NCBI GenBank assembly: GCA_963702205.1
Contig: OY969724.1
Location: 1,024,001-1,088,000, forward strand
From: an uncultured candidate division Zixibacteria bacterium
Lineage (GTDB): Bacteria > Zixibacteria > MSB-5A5 > GN15 > PGXB01
Direction of reading: 5' to 3'
DNA: 64,000 bases
Shown here: positions 40,983-50,828 of the stretch, one piece after another
Numbering within the stretch: position 1 is the first letter of the stretch
How the letters are laid out: each line of letters begins with the position of its first letter
Translations under genes and position numbers: made by a program
The notes under the pieces: generated by a model
What the model was told of the DNA's origin: nothing
Seen by the model: the letters and a program-made list of their open reading frames with translations, nothing else
The model's database searches: none

Positions 40983-42333
40983 GCCATATTGGTTTTTCGG
41001 TCGCGACCGAATTCTTACCCTTGTTTTGACCATATGCACTTTCGGTCCATCTGCGACCACTGCGACCATAACCCCGGCGGCGTCTGATACTCTCTCCCTG
41101 ACTCAATGCGTCACGATCGCATGTGCTAACAGCCTGGAATTGAAAAAGGCGTCAAACGCGATCGACGTCGCCGGGCTCGATCGCAGTCTGGCAGCCAAAG
41201 CGCGGTGGCCCCAATTGCGCTTTGTTGGCGGAGCCGGATATGCACCGTATTCCCTCGATTTCGGCTACGATCCGGCCGTATCCAATGGCGGCGAACTCGG
41301 AGCGCGACTGGTGGCCGAACAAACCGTTTACAGCGGCGGCATTTATTCAGGTCAGATAAAACAGGCCGACATAGGCAAGTCGCTGACCAGGATTTCCTGG
41401 CAACAAGCCAGGAGGGACCTTGAATTCGAAGTCCGTCAGGCGTTTATCGAGCTTCTGATGACCGAACAAAAGCATGATTTCGCGGAAAAAAACGTCACGC
41501 GCCTGTCCGATTTCGCCGATCTCGCTACCGCTTTAAACAAATCCGGAGCGGTCGGATATACCGATGTTCTAAACAGCCGAATGGAACTGGCTCGGGCTCA
41601 AATAGACGCGGAAACAATCGGTCAGGATGTTAGCACCGCCCGGCTGAATCTCGGCCGTCTGCTCGGATATCCCAATGCCGACAGTCTTGTCGTTGATGGT
41701 TCACTTGAGAACCTGTTAATCGATGTGGCCGATACCGTCCAATTGGCACCACGAATGGATACCACCAACAACATCGATCTGGAAGCGGTTCGTCTCGATT
41801 ATGCCCAAAATCGTCTGGCCCTCGACATGACCAGATCCCAGTGGAAACCGAAAGTTGCCATCGCCGCCGATGCCGGTGTCATGACATCACGAGATAATCT
41901 ACTGGCCAATCCGGCCGATCGTTATAACTCAATTGGATATTCGGTCGGAATTAATATCGAAATGCCCGTCTTCGACTGGGGCAGTCGCAGCAAAGAAGTG
42001 GCGAAGAGCAAAATTGAATTAAAGTCCGCCGAAGACAATATCGGGCTGATACGTCGCGAGATTATCTTTGAATATAATGACAACCTGAACCACCTGACCA
42101 ATGCCCGGAAGCGATTATCATCAATCCAGAAGGTTCTGGAAACGGCTGAGAATAATTATCTACTGAATAAGGCCCAATACGCCGACGGTGCTGCTGTCGT
42201 GTCGGATGTAATTATTGCCGCGCAGGCGTTAAGCGACACCAGACAGTCCGAAATCGAAACTCTTGCCGAAATACAACTGCTTCAGGCACGGCTGGACAAA
42301 ATTACCCGGTCAAAACAGGATGATACGCCATGA
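40933..42333 (+). CDS. TolC-family outer-membrane efflux protein (start uncertain)
   Basis: LSL..CV..A...S.EL; two OEP-like repeats; MPVFDWG. Confidence 0.85.
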   Translation: MTKRPKAAKAVKPTKIKPYWFFGRDRILTLVLTICTFGPSATTATITPAASDTLSLTQCVTIACANSLELKKASNAIDVAGLDRSLAAKARWPQLRFVGGAGYAPYSLDFGYDPAVSNGGELGARLVAEQTVYSGGIYSGQIKQADIGKSLTRISWQQARRDLEFEVRQAFIELLMTEQKHDFAEKNVTRLSDFADLATALNKSGAVGYTDVLNSRMELARAQIDAETIGQDVSTARLNLGRLLGYPNADSLVVDGSLENLLIDVADTVQLAPRMDTTNNIDLEAVRLDYAQNRLALDMTRSQWKPKVAIAADAGVMTSRDNLLANPADRYNSIGYSVGINIEMPVFDWGSRSKEVAKSKIELKSAEDNIGLIRREIIFEYNDNLNHLTNARKRLSSIQKVLETAENNYLLNKAQYADGAAVVSDVIIAAQALSDTRQSEIETLAEIQLLQARLDKITRSKQDDTP

Positions 42334-43334
42334 AATCGAAATTGATATATATTCTGCAACTGCTTATAGGGTTGTTTGTGCTGGGATGCAGTAACGATAC
42401 GCCCGGAAACCAGGACCCCGCTATGCCGGACCCGGTTGTGGCCGTACAGGTGGCCCCCGTCGAACAAAGAACGATGCCGGAAAACCTCACCGTCGATGGC
42501 GTCACCGAAGTGCGGGACCGGGAAACCGTCATTTCACCGATTGATGGTACAATTCTAAAGCTTTATGCCGAAGTCGGAGATTCTGTCGATGACGGCGATA
42601 CCCTGGCAATTATAAGAACCAAAAATTCCGAGGCGGCAATATCCGGCGCCCAACGGCTGTTAAGCGAAGCTTCCGCGCCTAATCAACGCGCCGAAGCCGA
42701 AAAGATGATGCAGATCGCGGAAGACAACGAACAAATTGTCCCTGTCACAGCCGGGCTTTCCGGTGTCGTGACCGAGCGTATGGTCAGCTCCGGTCAAGCC
42801 GTCGCCGCTTACGCTGATATGTTTCAAGTCGTCGATCTTGCGACTCTGGATTTCATGGCTAATGTCCCTTTGAAGGACCTGCCCAACGTCAACGTCGGAC
42901 AAGCGTGCCATATAAGATTTCCTGCTCTGCCGGATCAAAATTTTTCCGGGGAAATTGTCTCCATAAGCGCCCGATCCGATCGGGGAAGCCAAACCACTCC
43001 GGTGAGAATTGGTTTTCGGTCCGGTGCTTCCGGCTCGATTCTGCGGGTTGGCATGGCCGGTACGGCAGAAATCGCGATAGACGCACACCCAAAAGTCCTG
43101 GTCGTTCCGACAGTGGCCCTGCTTCGCGACGACATCAACCAGACCTATACGATTTATACAGTAGGCGCCGACTCTCTCGCCCGGGCGATACCGGTGACGA
43201 CAGGAATTGTCAACGATTCGCTGGCCGAAGTGTCCTCACCCTCGCTGCACCCCGGAGATTTGGTGATAGTAAAAGGAAATTACGAAGTCAGCGATTCGAC
43301 GCGGGTTAAAATCGAGTCCGGGAGAACCCGATGA
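42330..43334 (+). CDS. RND efflux membrane-fusion (periplasmic adaptor) protein
   Basis: Lipobox LGC; SPIDG..V..GD; VVPT.AL. Confidence 0.88.
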   Translation: MKSKLIYILQLLIGLFVLGCSNDTPGNQDPAMPDPVVAVQVAPVEQRTMPENLTVDGVTEVRDRETVISPIDGTILKLYAEVGDSVDDGDTLAIIRTKNSEAAISGAQRLLSEASAPNQRAEAEKMMQIAEDNEQIVPVTAGLSGVVTERMVSSGQAVAAYADMFQVVDLATLDFMANVPLKDLPNVNVGQACHIRFPALPDQNFSGEIVSISARSDRGSQTTPVRIGFRSGASGSILRVGMAGTAEIAIDAHPKVLVVPTVALLRDDINQTYTIYTVGADSLARAIPVTTGIVNDSLAEVSSPSLHPGDLVIVKGNYEVSDSTRVKIESGRTR

Positions 43335-46300
43335 ATCCCTTCCACTACGCTCAGCACCACCGCAAGGCGCTGCTGTTTTTGCTATCGGGATTGTTATTGG
43401 CCGGACGGGGCGTTACCCGACTAATGCCGGTATCATTGTTTCCCGATATTACTTTCCCGAGAATTGTTATTCTCGCCGACAACGGTGAACAGCCCGCCGA
43501 ACGAATGATGATCGAAGTTACGAAACCGCTCGAGGACGTCTCCAGCTCCGTGCCGGGCGTTGAAATCGTCCGCTCAATAACAGGTCGCGGCTCGACGGAA
43601 ATATCTCTCGGGTTGAGCTGGAACGTCAACGTCGAAGAAGCGCTGCAGATGCTCCAGAATCGAATCGGCGATATCCGCACGACGCTTCCTCCCGATGCTT
43701 CAATTCAGGTGGAACGCATGAGCGTCGCGGTCTTCCCGATACTCGGCTACAGCCTGACATCGGATAGCCTGAGTATGGTCGAATTGAGAGACCTGGCCTT
43801 ATATCAAATCCGTCCCGCCATAACGCGAGTGGCCGGTGTCGCCCGGGTCGAAGTGGTCGGAGGCGAAACCCGCGAATTTCACATTAAAGTCTCACCCGAA
43901 AAACTGGCGGCGTATCATCTCGACATTCGGGATATATCCGCAGCAATCGCCAGTACCAACATGGTGACTTCCGCCGGGCTCGTTGAGAATAATTTTCATC
44001 TTTATCTGTCGCTCGTATCGGGGATATTGGCGTCCTCTGATGACATCGGCAACGTCGTGATCACCAATCGCAATAGTGTTCCGATAACCGTGAAGGATGT
44101 TGCCACCGTCGAATCGTCGATTGCACCGAAATATATTCGCACGACCGCCGACGGCAAAGATGCCGTTTTGATAAGCGTTGTCAAACAGCCGACGGGTAGT
44201 ACGGTCGCCATCGGCGATGCCGTTCGCCGCGAAGTTGCCGGTTTGAACCTTCCACCGGGAGTGAAATTTACCAACTGGTACGATCAGGGGGATTTTATCA
44301 GCCGCTCCATCGGCGGAACCCGCGACAGCATCATAATAGGTATAATTTTATCGATATTTGTTTTGCTGGCGTTTCTGAGAAGCTGGCGAATTGGAATTAT
44401 CATGATAATTGTCGTCCCGGCGACAATTGCGATTACCCTGTTGCTTCTTAAAGTATTCGGGAAAACGATCAATATTATGACCCTCGGCGGGATTGCCGCA
44501 GCTGTGGGGTTGATTATCGACGATACCATTGTTGTCATAGAAAACATTTTCGTCCAGATCGCGCATCAGCGTTTATCCGAGGGGCCGATAAAACAAGTAA
44601 TTCTGGCCGCATCCGGCCGCTCTATTAAACATCTTATACCCGCGATTATCGGCTCGACCGCCTGCACCGTGGCGATTAATGTCCCGCTGATATTTCTTGG
44701 CGGACTTACCGGAGCTTTCTTTGCCTCGCTGGCAATCACGATGATTCTGGCCCTGACCGTATCGTTCTTCCTTTCAACCACAGCGACACCGCTTTTGCTG
44801 GTTTTGGTCATGAGCCGCAGGAGCATCACGGCCGAATTAAATCGGGAAAAGAAATCGTCGCGTATGGTGCAATATTATGAAAAGATCCTTCGCTTCATAC
44901 TCCGCTATCGCGTCGCTGTTATCCCCGTAATGCTTATAATAGCCGGGCTGACTTATTATATCTATCGCGGCATCGGCAGCGGTTTCATGCCGGACATGGA
45001 TGAAGGCACGTTTGTGCTGGATTACGTTTCTCCTCCCGGCACGTCGTTGTCTGAAACCAACGAAATGCTCAATCATGTCGGTCATGCATTGACACAAATT
45101 CCCGAGGTTGAATCGGTACTCGCGGCGGACCGGGACACAACTCGGTTTTTTCCTGACCGAGCCGAATACCGGTGATTTCTTAGTCAAACTCAAATCGCAA
45201 CGGTCACGATCGATCTATGGCGTCATCGCCGAAGTGCGGCGCGTTGTCGATTCGACGGAACCGGCCCTTCAGGTCGATTTCGGACAGCTTATGGGCGACG
45301 TAATCGGCGACCTGACCAATACTCCCAAGCCGATCGAGATCAAGCTGTTCGGCGACAATATAAACCTGCTTGAAAGCAAAGCACAGGAAGTCGCCAAAAT
45401 GATCGAATCTGTTCCCGGGGTAGTCGATATTTTCGATGGAATCGTGATTTCCGGACCGTCGTTCGTAGTCAATGTCGACCGTCACCGGGCGTCACTTTTT
45501 GGTTTGACTACAGACGACGTGCAGGCCCAGCTCGCATCCATGGTGCGGGGAGACGTGGCCAGCAACATGCAGCGCGGTGAAAAGCTGATCGGATTGAGAG
45601 TATCCTACCCCGATACGTACAAGGACAATTTTGAACGAATCAAACAAATCAAAATAGTAAATCCCGATGGCGTTCTTGTACCGTTGAGTGAAATTGCAGA
45701 TTTTGAATTCACCCCCGGCCAGTCGGAACTCGACCGTGAGGGATTAAGGTCTGTCGTCGCCGTAAGTGCCAGAATCGAGGGCCGTGATCTGGGAAGAACC
45801 ATCAGCGACATCAAGCGATTGCTTTCCAGCCATTTGATATTGCCTCCCAGAGTGAGTCTCGAATATGGTGGTGTCTATAAAACGCAACAACAATCGTTTC
45901 GGGGACTTTTGATAGCGGCTATTACAGCGTTTCTTATGGTGTTTGTCGTATTGTTGTTTGAATTTGGGGAATTCTCGGTGCCATTTTCGATTCTTATGGT
46001 CAGTCTTCTCTCGCTGCTTGGGGTTGTCGGTGCACTTTGGGTTACCGGCACTTCTTTTAATATTTCGAGCTTTGTCGGCCTTATCATGATAATCGGGATC
46101 GTCGCCGAAAACGGTGTCTTTATTATGCACGAGTACAAAGAAGCTCGGCGCGAGGGCGGAGATATCGATTCTGCATTGGTCGTCGCCTGTGGTCGACGCA
46201 TCAGGCCGATCACCATGACCACTCTCGCGGCAGTTCTGGCCCTGATGCCTCTTGCGGTCGGGATTGGTACCGGCGCCCAGATGCTGCAGCCACTGGCTAT

Positions 46301-46412
46301 CGCGGTGATTGGTGGCTTTTGTGTTTCGACGTCATTGCTGTTCTTTTTGCTGCCGGTTCTTTTCCGTTTGCTCCATCGCGGATCAGGGAGTTATTCGCAG
46401 GAGAATATTTAA
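43331..46412 (+). CDS. AcrB/CusA-family RND permease, split by a +1 frameshift at 45115-45116
   Basis: GLIIDDTIVVIEN; RIRPITMTT; removing one G gives EVESYSRRTG and a ~1026-aa protein. Confidence 0.88.
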
Positions 46413-46442
46413 ATAAGACATATTAATCAAGAGGGAACTGTC

Positions 46443-47183
46443 ATGACAAAGGGCGTATCGATAATCTGCATGGTGCTTGCAATTATTCTTGTTGCACTGC
46501 CCGTCAACGCTGAAATGAAATCCAAATCTGAAACGGCGTCGGCTGATCAATGGACCGATTCATTTGATTTGGATAACTGCCGTTTTTCCGATACCGGACG
46601 AAATGAGTATTTCATTCTTGAACCCGGCTATCGCCTTACTTTAAAAGGTGTGGAAGATAATGACTCTGTTACGCTCGTGATTTCGGTTTTAAATGAAACG
46701 CAAGCCATAGATGGTGTGTCGACGAGGATCGTGGAAGAACGCGAAACCGCAAACGGCGAATTAGTCGAGGTGTCTCGTAACTATTTTGCATTTTGCAGCA
46801 CATACGCGAGTGTCTTTTATTTCGGCGAAGACGTGGATATATATGAAGACGGAACGATTACCGGCCACCAGGGAAGCTGGCGAGCCGGAGAAAACGGTTT
46901 CCGTCCGGGTTTGATGATGCCGGGGCTCGTTACAATCGGGTCTTCGTACTATCAGGAAATTGCTCCGGATGTTGCGATGGACCGCGCCCGCATAGTCGAC
47001 ACCGATATGACTCTTGATACGCCCGGCGGCCGTTTTGAAAAATGTCTTATGACCGAAGAAACTTCGGCTCTTGAACCCGAATCAGGGGAATATAAAATCT
47101 ACGCTCCTGGCGTAGGATTAATTAAGGACGGCGATTTGTTATTGTCTACTATTGAAAAGAACCAGGATACTGAAGAGAAATGA
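46443..47183 (+). CDS. Secreted hypothetical protein
   Basis: Signal peptide; clean ORF with RBS; follows the RND operon. Confidence 0.75.
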   Translation: MTKGVSIICMVLAIILVALPVNAEMKSKSETASADQWTDSFDLDNCRFSDTGRNEYFILEPGYRLTLKGVEDNDSVTLVISVLNETQAIDGVSTRIVEERETANGELVEVSRNYFAFCSTYASVFYFGEDVDIYEDGTITGHQGSWRAGENGFRPGLMMPGLVTIGSSYYQEIAPDVAMDRARIVDTDMTLDTPGGRFEKCLMTEETSALEPESGEYKIYAPGVGLIKDGDLLLSTIEKNQDTEEK

Positions 47184-47321
47184 ACTGATCATATTTTATT
47201 AAACCGGAAATAATCACTATTGAGAAAGAAATCAGCAGGTCGGACTTGATAGTATATTAATACGGAGAGAGAAACGACGCATTGGTATAAGCAATTATCG
47301 GACAAGAGGTTATTAAAAAAG

Positions 47322-47396
47322 CGGGGTTGACGAGACTCGAACTCGCGACCTCCTGCGTGACAGGCAGGCGTTCTAACCAAACTGAACTACAACCCC
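47322..47396 (-). tRNA. tRNA-Asp(GTC)
   Basis: GGGGTTG acceptor stem, CCTGC-CTGTCAC-GCAGG anticodon arm, TTCGAG T-loop; CCA not encoded. Confidence 0.96.
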
Positions 47397-47694
47397 GTTG
47401 TATAAGGCTATTCTAAATGTCAGGCGACGATTATATTACACAAATTATGGGCAATTATCAATGAATTTTTCCAGTTTTCCTCTACTTTTCCAGGATTTAA
47501 GCTGTCTTTCTCTGCGCATGGCCTCAGGCCTTGTACCATATTTCTCCCTATAAACCAGCTCCCACGGAATTCCCGGTTTGGTGTATTTCGACCTTCCTTG
47601 ATTATGTCGATTTATTCTGCCGTCAATATTCGCAGTTGTCCCGATGTAGTATTTCCCGTTTTTTTACTTTTGATTATATAAAGGAAGTATTCCA

Positions 47695-47752
47695 AACTCG
47701 CGACCTTCCCGATGACAATCGGGACGTTCTAACCAAACTGAACTACAACCCC
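47695..47752 (-). pseudogene. Partial tRNA-Asp copy with anticodon arm replaced by a TCCCGAT-TGTC-ATCGGGA palindrome and 3' end lost
   Basis: First 28 nt identical to tRNA-Asp; AGGTCGCGAGTT retained, then diverges. Confidence 0.8.
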
Positions 47753-47851
47753 GGCATTAAAAAACTTCTCTATGCCATAAACCGACCTGCTATTTATAAG
47801 ACCGGAACGAGGATTTGTCAATTGAGATTTACTATAATCCCTCAAATTTAT

Positions 47852-47926
47852 TGGGCAGTACCTGGACTCGAACCAGTGACCCCCTGCGTGTAAGGCAGGT
47901 GCTCTAACCAACTGAGCTAACTGCCC
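47852..47926 (-). tRNA. tRNA-Val(TAC); one apparent extra G at the T-stem 3' side
   Basis: GGGCAGT/ACTGCCC acceptor; CCTGC-CTTACAC-GCAGG; CCAGGT where CCAGT is needed to pair with ACTGG. Confidence 0.93.
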
Positions 47927-47938
47927 TCAAAAACACGC

Positions 47939-48184
47939 TCAGCTTTCAACCTTGGTTTCTTCGGGAACTTTGCGTTTCTTCTTGTCCCGAATCAATATCG
48001 AAACCGGGATCAAAACACAGTATCCCAGAACCAGAAGCACGGGAGCCAGAGTTATCGAACCGGATGCCAGCGCGATATAGCCGCCGATTATAACCAGCAG
48101 GCCAATCGCGAAAAACAGGTAGTTCCTTGTCCCGAAAGGCCACTCAAAGCGGCCCTTGTCTTCATCTTTTTCTTTTTTTGCCAT
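47939..48184 (-). CDS. Small 2-TM membrane protein (DUF3098-like)
   Basis: PFGTRNY..F.IG...I..GY...TLAP.LLV.GY. Confidence 0.7.
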   Translation of the reverse strand: MAKKEKDEDKGRFEWPFGTRNYLFFAIGLLVIIGGYIALASGSITLAPVLLVLGYCVLIPVSILIRDKKKRKVPEETKVES

Positions 48185-48235
48185 CACCTTAACAGACCCC
48201 AATTATAATTGTAACCGGCTGATTGTCAAGCCATT

Positions 48236-49483
48236 TTAAGTACTTTCGGCAGTCACCGGCATATCCCTGATACACCGACACACCGCAAAAAATACTCCCC
48301 ACAGGGCATATAAAAATATCCTCACTTCCATATCGTCCGTGACAGATTCATAAACCCCGGTCAGCATAAACACAATCGTCGCGTTCATCACCGCCGCCGT
48401 GATTATCCCGGCGAATTTGTCAGAATTACCGGACTTATGAATTTTACGGAATTTTTTGAATATCGCCCAGTAAATTCCCAGAAATATCAATAGTGAGGGA
48501 ATACCGGTATGGACCGCTATATTCAGATAATCGTTATGAGCGTGGTTGTGATAGTACGGATAATTTTTGTCGACATAGGGCAGGTAATTTTTCTCGAAAT
48601 TGCCCGGACCAACCCCGAATATCGGCCGCCCGGCTATCATGGAGACCGTCCCCTTCCAGATGACATATCTCGACCTCGGATTGGTGCCGCTAAGTTCCAT
48701 TTTAAGGTGCGATATATGCTGGTTGACCAGCCCAGGTGCGTACAGGTACAGCGTTGCCAAGAATATTATCGCCGATGGAACCAGCCATTTGAAATGTCCT
48801 TTGCGAAAACGGATCAGCAACAGAATCAACACCCATAAAAAAACCCACCCGACTCCTCGTTGATAAGAAAGCAAAGCCGCGATAATCGACAGAAGCGACG
48901 CCAGTCCCAATAGTATTTTGTATTTTTTCTGCTGCACTATTTCGGTCAGTGGGAATAATAGCGCCCCGAGAATTATATAATAGTTCCCGAAAGTCATGGA
49001 GTTATTGAATAGTCCAGCCACCCGGAACTTGTCCGTCTCAATTGGGATCAACTTCTCCATGCGGAACAGATCATAACCCCAATAATGCTGGAAGAAGGCG
49101 TATATCGCTATGACCGCCCCGGAAATTGCCAGCAGTTTGAGAACTTTGAGGACCTGATCTCTTTTATCCAGTACGATTGCCATTGAGGGGATCACAGCGA
49201 AGACCCATTCATCCCGGAATACGACAAACGACCGCGATATATCGGTTCCGACCAGACAGGAAACGAACGACCAGGCTATATACAGCCCTGCGAAAATTAT
49301 GAACGGGTCCCTATAGTCGATGGCGCGATAACGCTTTTCTTTGAAAAATATAACCAGAGCGCAGAAAATAATCGCCCCGGCGAAAGTTTCGGCGCCTCCT
49401 TTGGAAAATGGTGTCGTCAGGAAAAAGCCGCCCGCCGAAAAAATCCCGAATTTTTTTATGAGATTTAGCGGACGGTCGCTCAT
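48236..49483 (-). CDS. O-antigen ligase (WaaL/Wzy_C) family protein
   Basis: Multi-TM; R..IW......PIFGVG.GNF; HAHNDYL. Confidence 0.85.
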   Translation of the reverse strand: MSDRPLNLIKKFGIFSAGGFFLTTPFSKGGAETFAGAIIFCALVIFFKEKRYRAIDYRDPFIIFAGLYIAWSFVSCLVGTDISRSFVVFRDEWVFAVIPSMAIVLDKRDQVLKVLKLLAISGAVIAIYAFFQHYWGYDLFRMEKLIPIETDKFRVAGLFNNSMTFGNYYIILGALLFPLTEIVQQKKYKILLGLASLLSIIAALLSYQRGVGWVFLWVLILLLIRFRKGHFKWLVPSAIIFLATLYLYAPGLVNQHISHLKMELSGTNPRSRYVIWKGTVSMIAGRPIFGVGPGNFEKNYLPYVDKNYPYYHNHAHNDYLNIAVHTGIPSLLIFLGIYWAIFKKFRKIHKSGNSDKFAGIITAAVMNATIVFMLTGVYESVTDDMEVRIFLYALWGVFFAVCRCIRDMPVTAEST

Positions 49484-50071
49484 TTAAAAAAGATCGCTTT
49501 CGATCAATTCCACGAGAAGGTGTATGTAGAAAATGTGTTCTTCCTGGATTCTTTGAACGGATTTGTGAGGAATTATCAGTTTCTTGTCGCAAATCGAGGC
49601 CAGCTTGCCGCCGCTGCCACCGAGCAAACCAATCACGAGCATATTCATCTGGCGTGCGGTTTCAGCCGCCCTGACGACATTGGTCGAATTGCCCGACGTC
49701 GATATCGCCAGGAGAACGTCGCCCGGACGACCCAGCGCCGCCACCTGCCTTGAAAAAATACTGTCGAAACCGTAATCGTTGGCCGCCGCGGTCATCACAG
49801 AAATGTCGGTATTAAGGCTGATCGCGGCCAAAGGCTCACGATTGCGCTCGGACGTCAGCCGGACTATCAATTCCCCGGCCATATGGGAGCTGTCCGCCGC
49901 CGAACCGCCGTTGCCGCAAATCAGGATTTTCCCGCCGGCACCCAATACTCCGGAAATCTGATTGGCGATTTCGACGGCTTTCACCGCCAGGTCTTCGGCC
50001 GTCTTCATACGCAGGCGCGATGACTCCTCGGCGGCCCGTATTATTATGTTCTGGCGTTCTTCGTCAGTCAT
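49484..50071 (-). CDS. gmhA: D-sedoheptulose 7-phosphate isomerase
   Basis: CGNGGSAAD, ANDYG, ISTSGNS, RIQE.H. Confidence 0.93.
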   Translation of the reverse strand: MTDEERQNIIIRAAEESSRLRMKTAEDLAVKAVEIANQISGVLGAGGKILICGNGGSAADSSHMAGELIVRLTSERNREPLAAISLNTDISVMTAAANDYGFDSIFSRQVAALGRPGDVLLAISTSGNSTNVVRAAETARQMNMLVIGLLGGSGGKLASICDKKLIIPHKSVQRIQEEHIFYIHLLVELIESDLF

Positions 50072-50826
50072 ACTTCAATGCTTTCCCTGATATGTGCCGC
50101 GCGGGCGAATTCAAGAAGCTTCCCATATCCCGATTTTTCAAAATGATTGCCGACAATTACGAATGATGCTCCCGATTTAATTTTGCTTTCGACCTCTTCC
50201 GGGGTTCGGATGCCGCCGCCCACTATCAGCGGGATGTCGGCATACGCGGCCACTTCCGCGATTAATGCTTCCGGGACCGTCCTTGCCGCGCCCGAACCCG
50301 CTTCGAGAAAAACCGCCTTCATCCCGAAATATTTTGCCGTCAGAGCATAAGCACAGACAATATCGTGCTTGTCCGACGGTATCGGCAGGGAGTTGGACAT
50401 GTACTGCACCGACGTATATTTCCCCGATTCGATAAGCAGGTATGCCGTCGGAATCGCCTCCAGTCCGAATTTCTTGACCACCGGGGCGCCCTTGAGCTGC
50501 TCTTCGATTAGGTACTGCGGATTGCGACCGGACAGAAGCGCCGTAAACAGGACGGCGTCGGCGTACGGAGAAACCTGGCTGTGTGACCCCGGAAAAAGTA
50601 TTACCGGAAGATTGGTGGCACCTTTGATCTTCTTGACCGCTTCGTGGAAATTGCCTTTGATGGCCAGCGAGGATCCCACCAAAAGGGCGTCGACTTCACA
50701 GTCCTCGGCCTTTTCCGCGGTAGCCAGAAGATCCTCTTCCGTGACCCGGTCCGGGTCGAGCAGCACCATAAAACAGCCGCCGCGCTCCGATTTTATTTCG
50801 AGCAGTTTATCGAAAATTCCGGGCAT
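50068..50826 (-). CDS. Geranylgeranylglyceryl/heptaprenylglyceryl phosphate synthase (PcrB family, group II-like)
   Basis: LLDPD, LVGSS, PVILFPG, LLSGRNPQYLI, LEAGSGA, VGGGIR. Confidence 0.9.
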   Translation of the reverse strand: MPGIFDKLLEIKSERGGCFMVLLDPDRVTEEDLLATAEKAEDCEVDALLVGSSLAIKGNFHEAVKKIKGATNLPVILFPGSHSQVSPYADAVLFTALLSGRNPQYLIEEQLKGAPVVKKFGLEAIPTAYLLIESGKYTSVQYMSNSLPIPSDKHDIVCAYALTAKYFGMKAVFLEAGSGAARTVPEALIAEVAAYADIPLIVGGGIRTPEEVESKIKSGASFVIVGNHFEKSGYGKLLEFARAAHIRESIEV

Positions 50827-50828
50827 AT

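Noticed and set aside
45100..45180. Programmed ribosomal frameshifting or a genuinely split RND gene
   Set aside because: No slippery heptamer; the context is identical to the cytochrome frameshift, pointing to a systematic sequence error.
24000..47300. Intact prophage, ICE or IS element
   Set aside because: No integrase, transposase, phage structural or conjugation gene is recognisable; only att-like scars.
47189..47911. Short ORFs 47189..47380, 47531..47893 and 47729..47911
   Set aside because: They overlap tRNA genes and are spurious translations of tRNA sequence.
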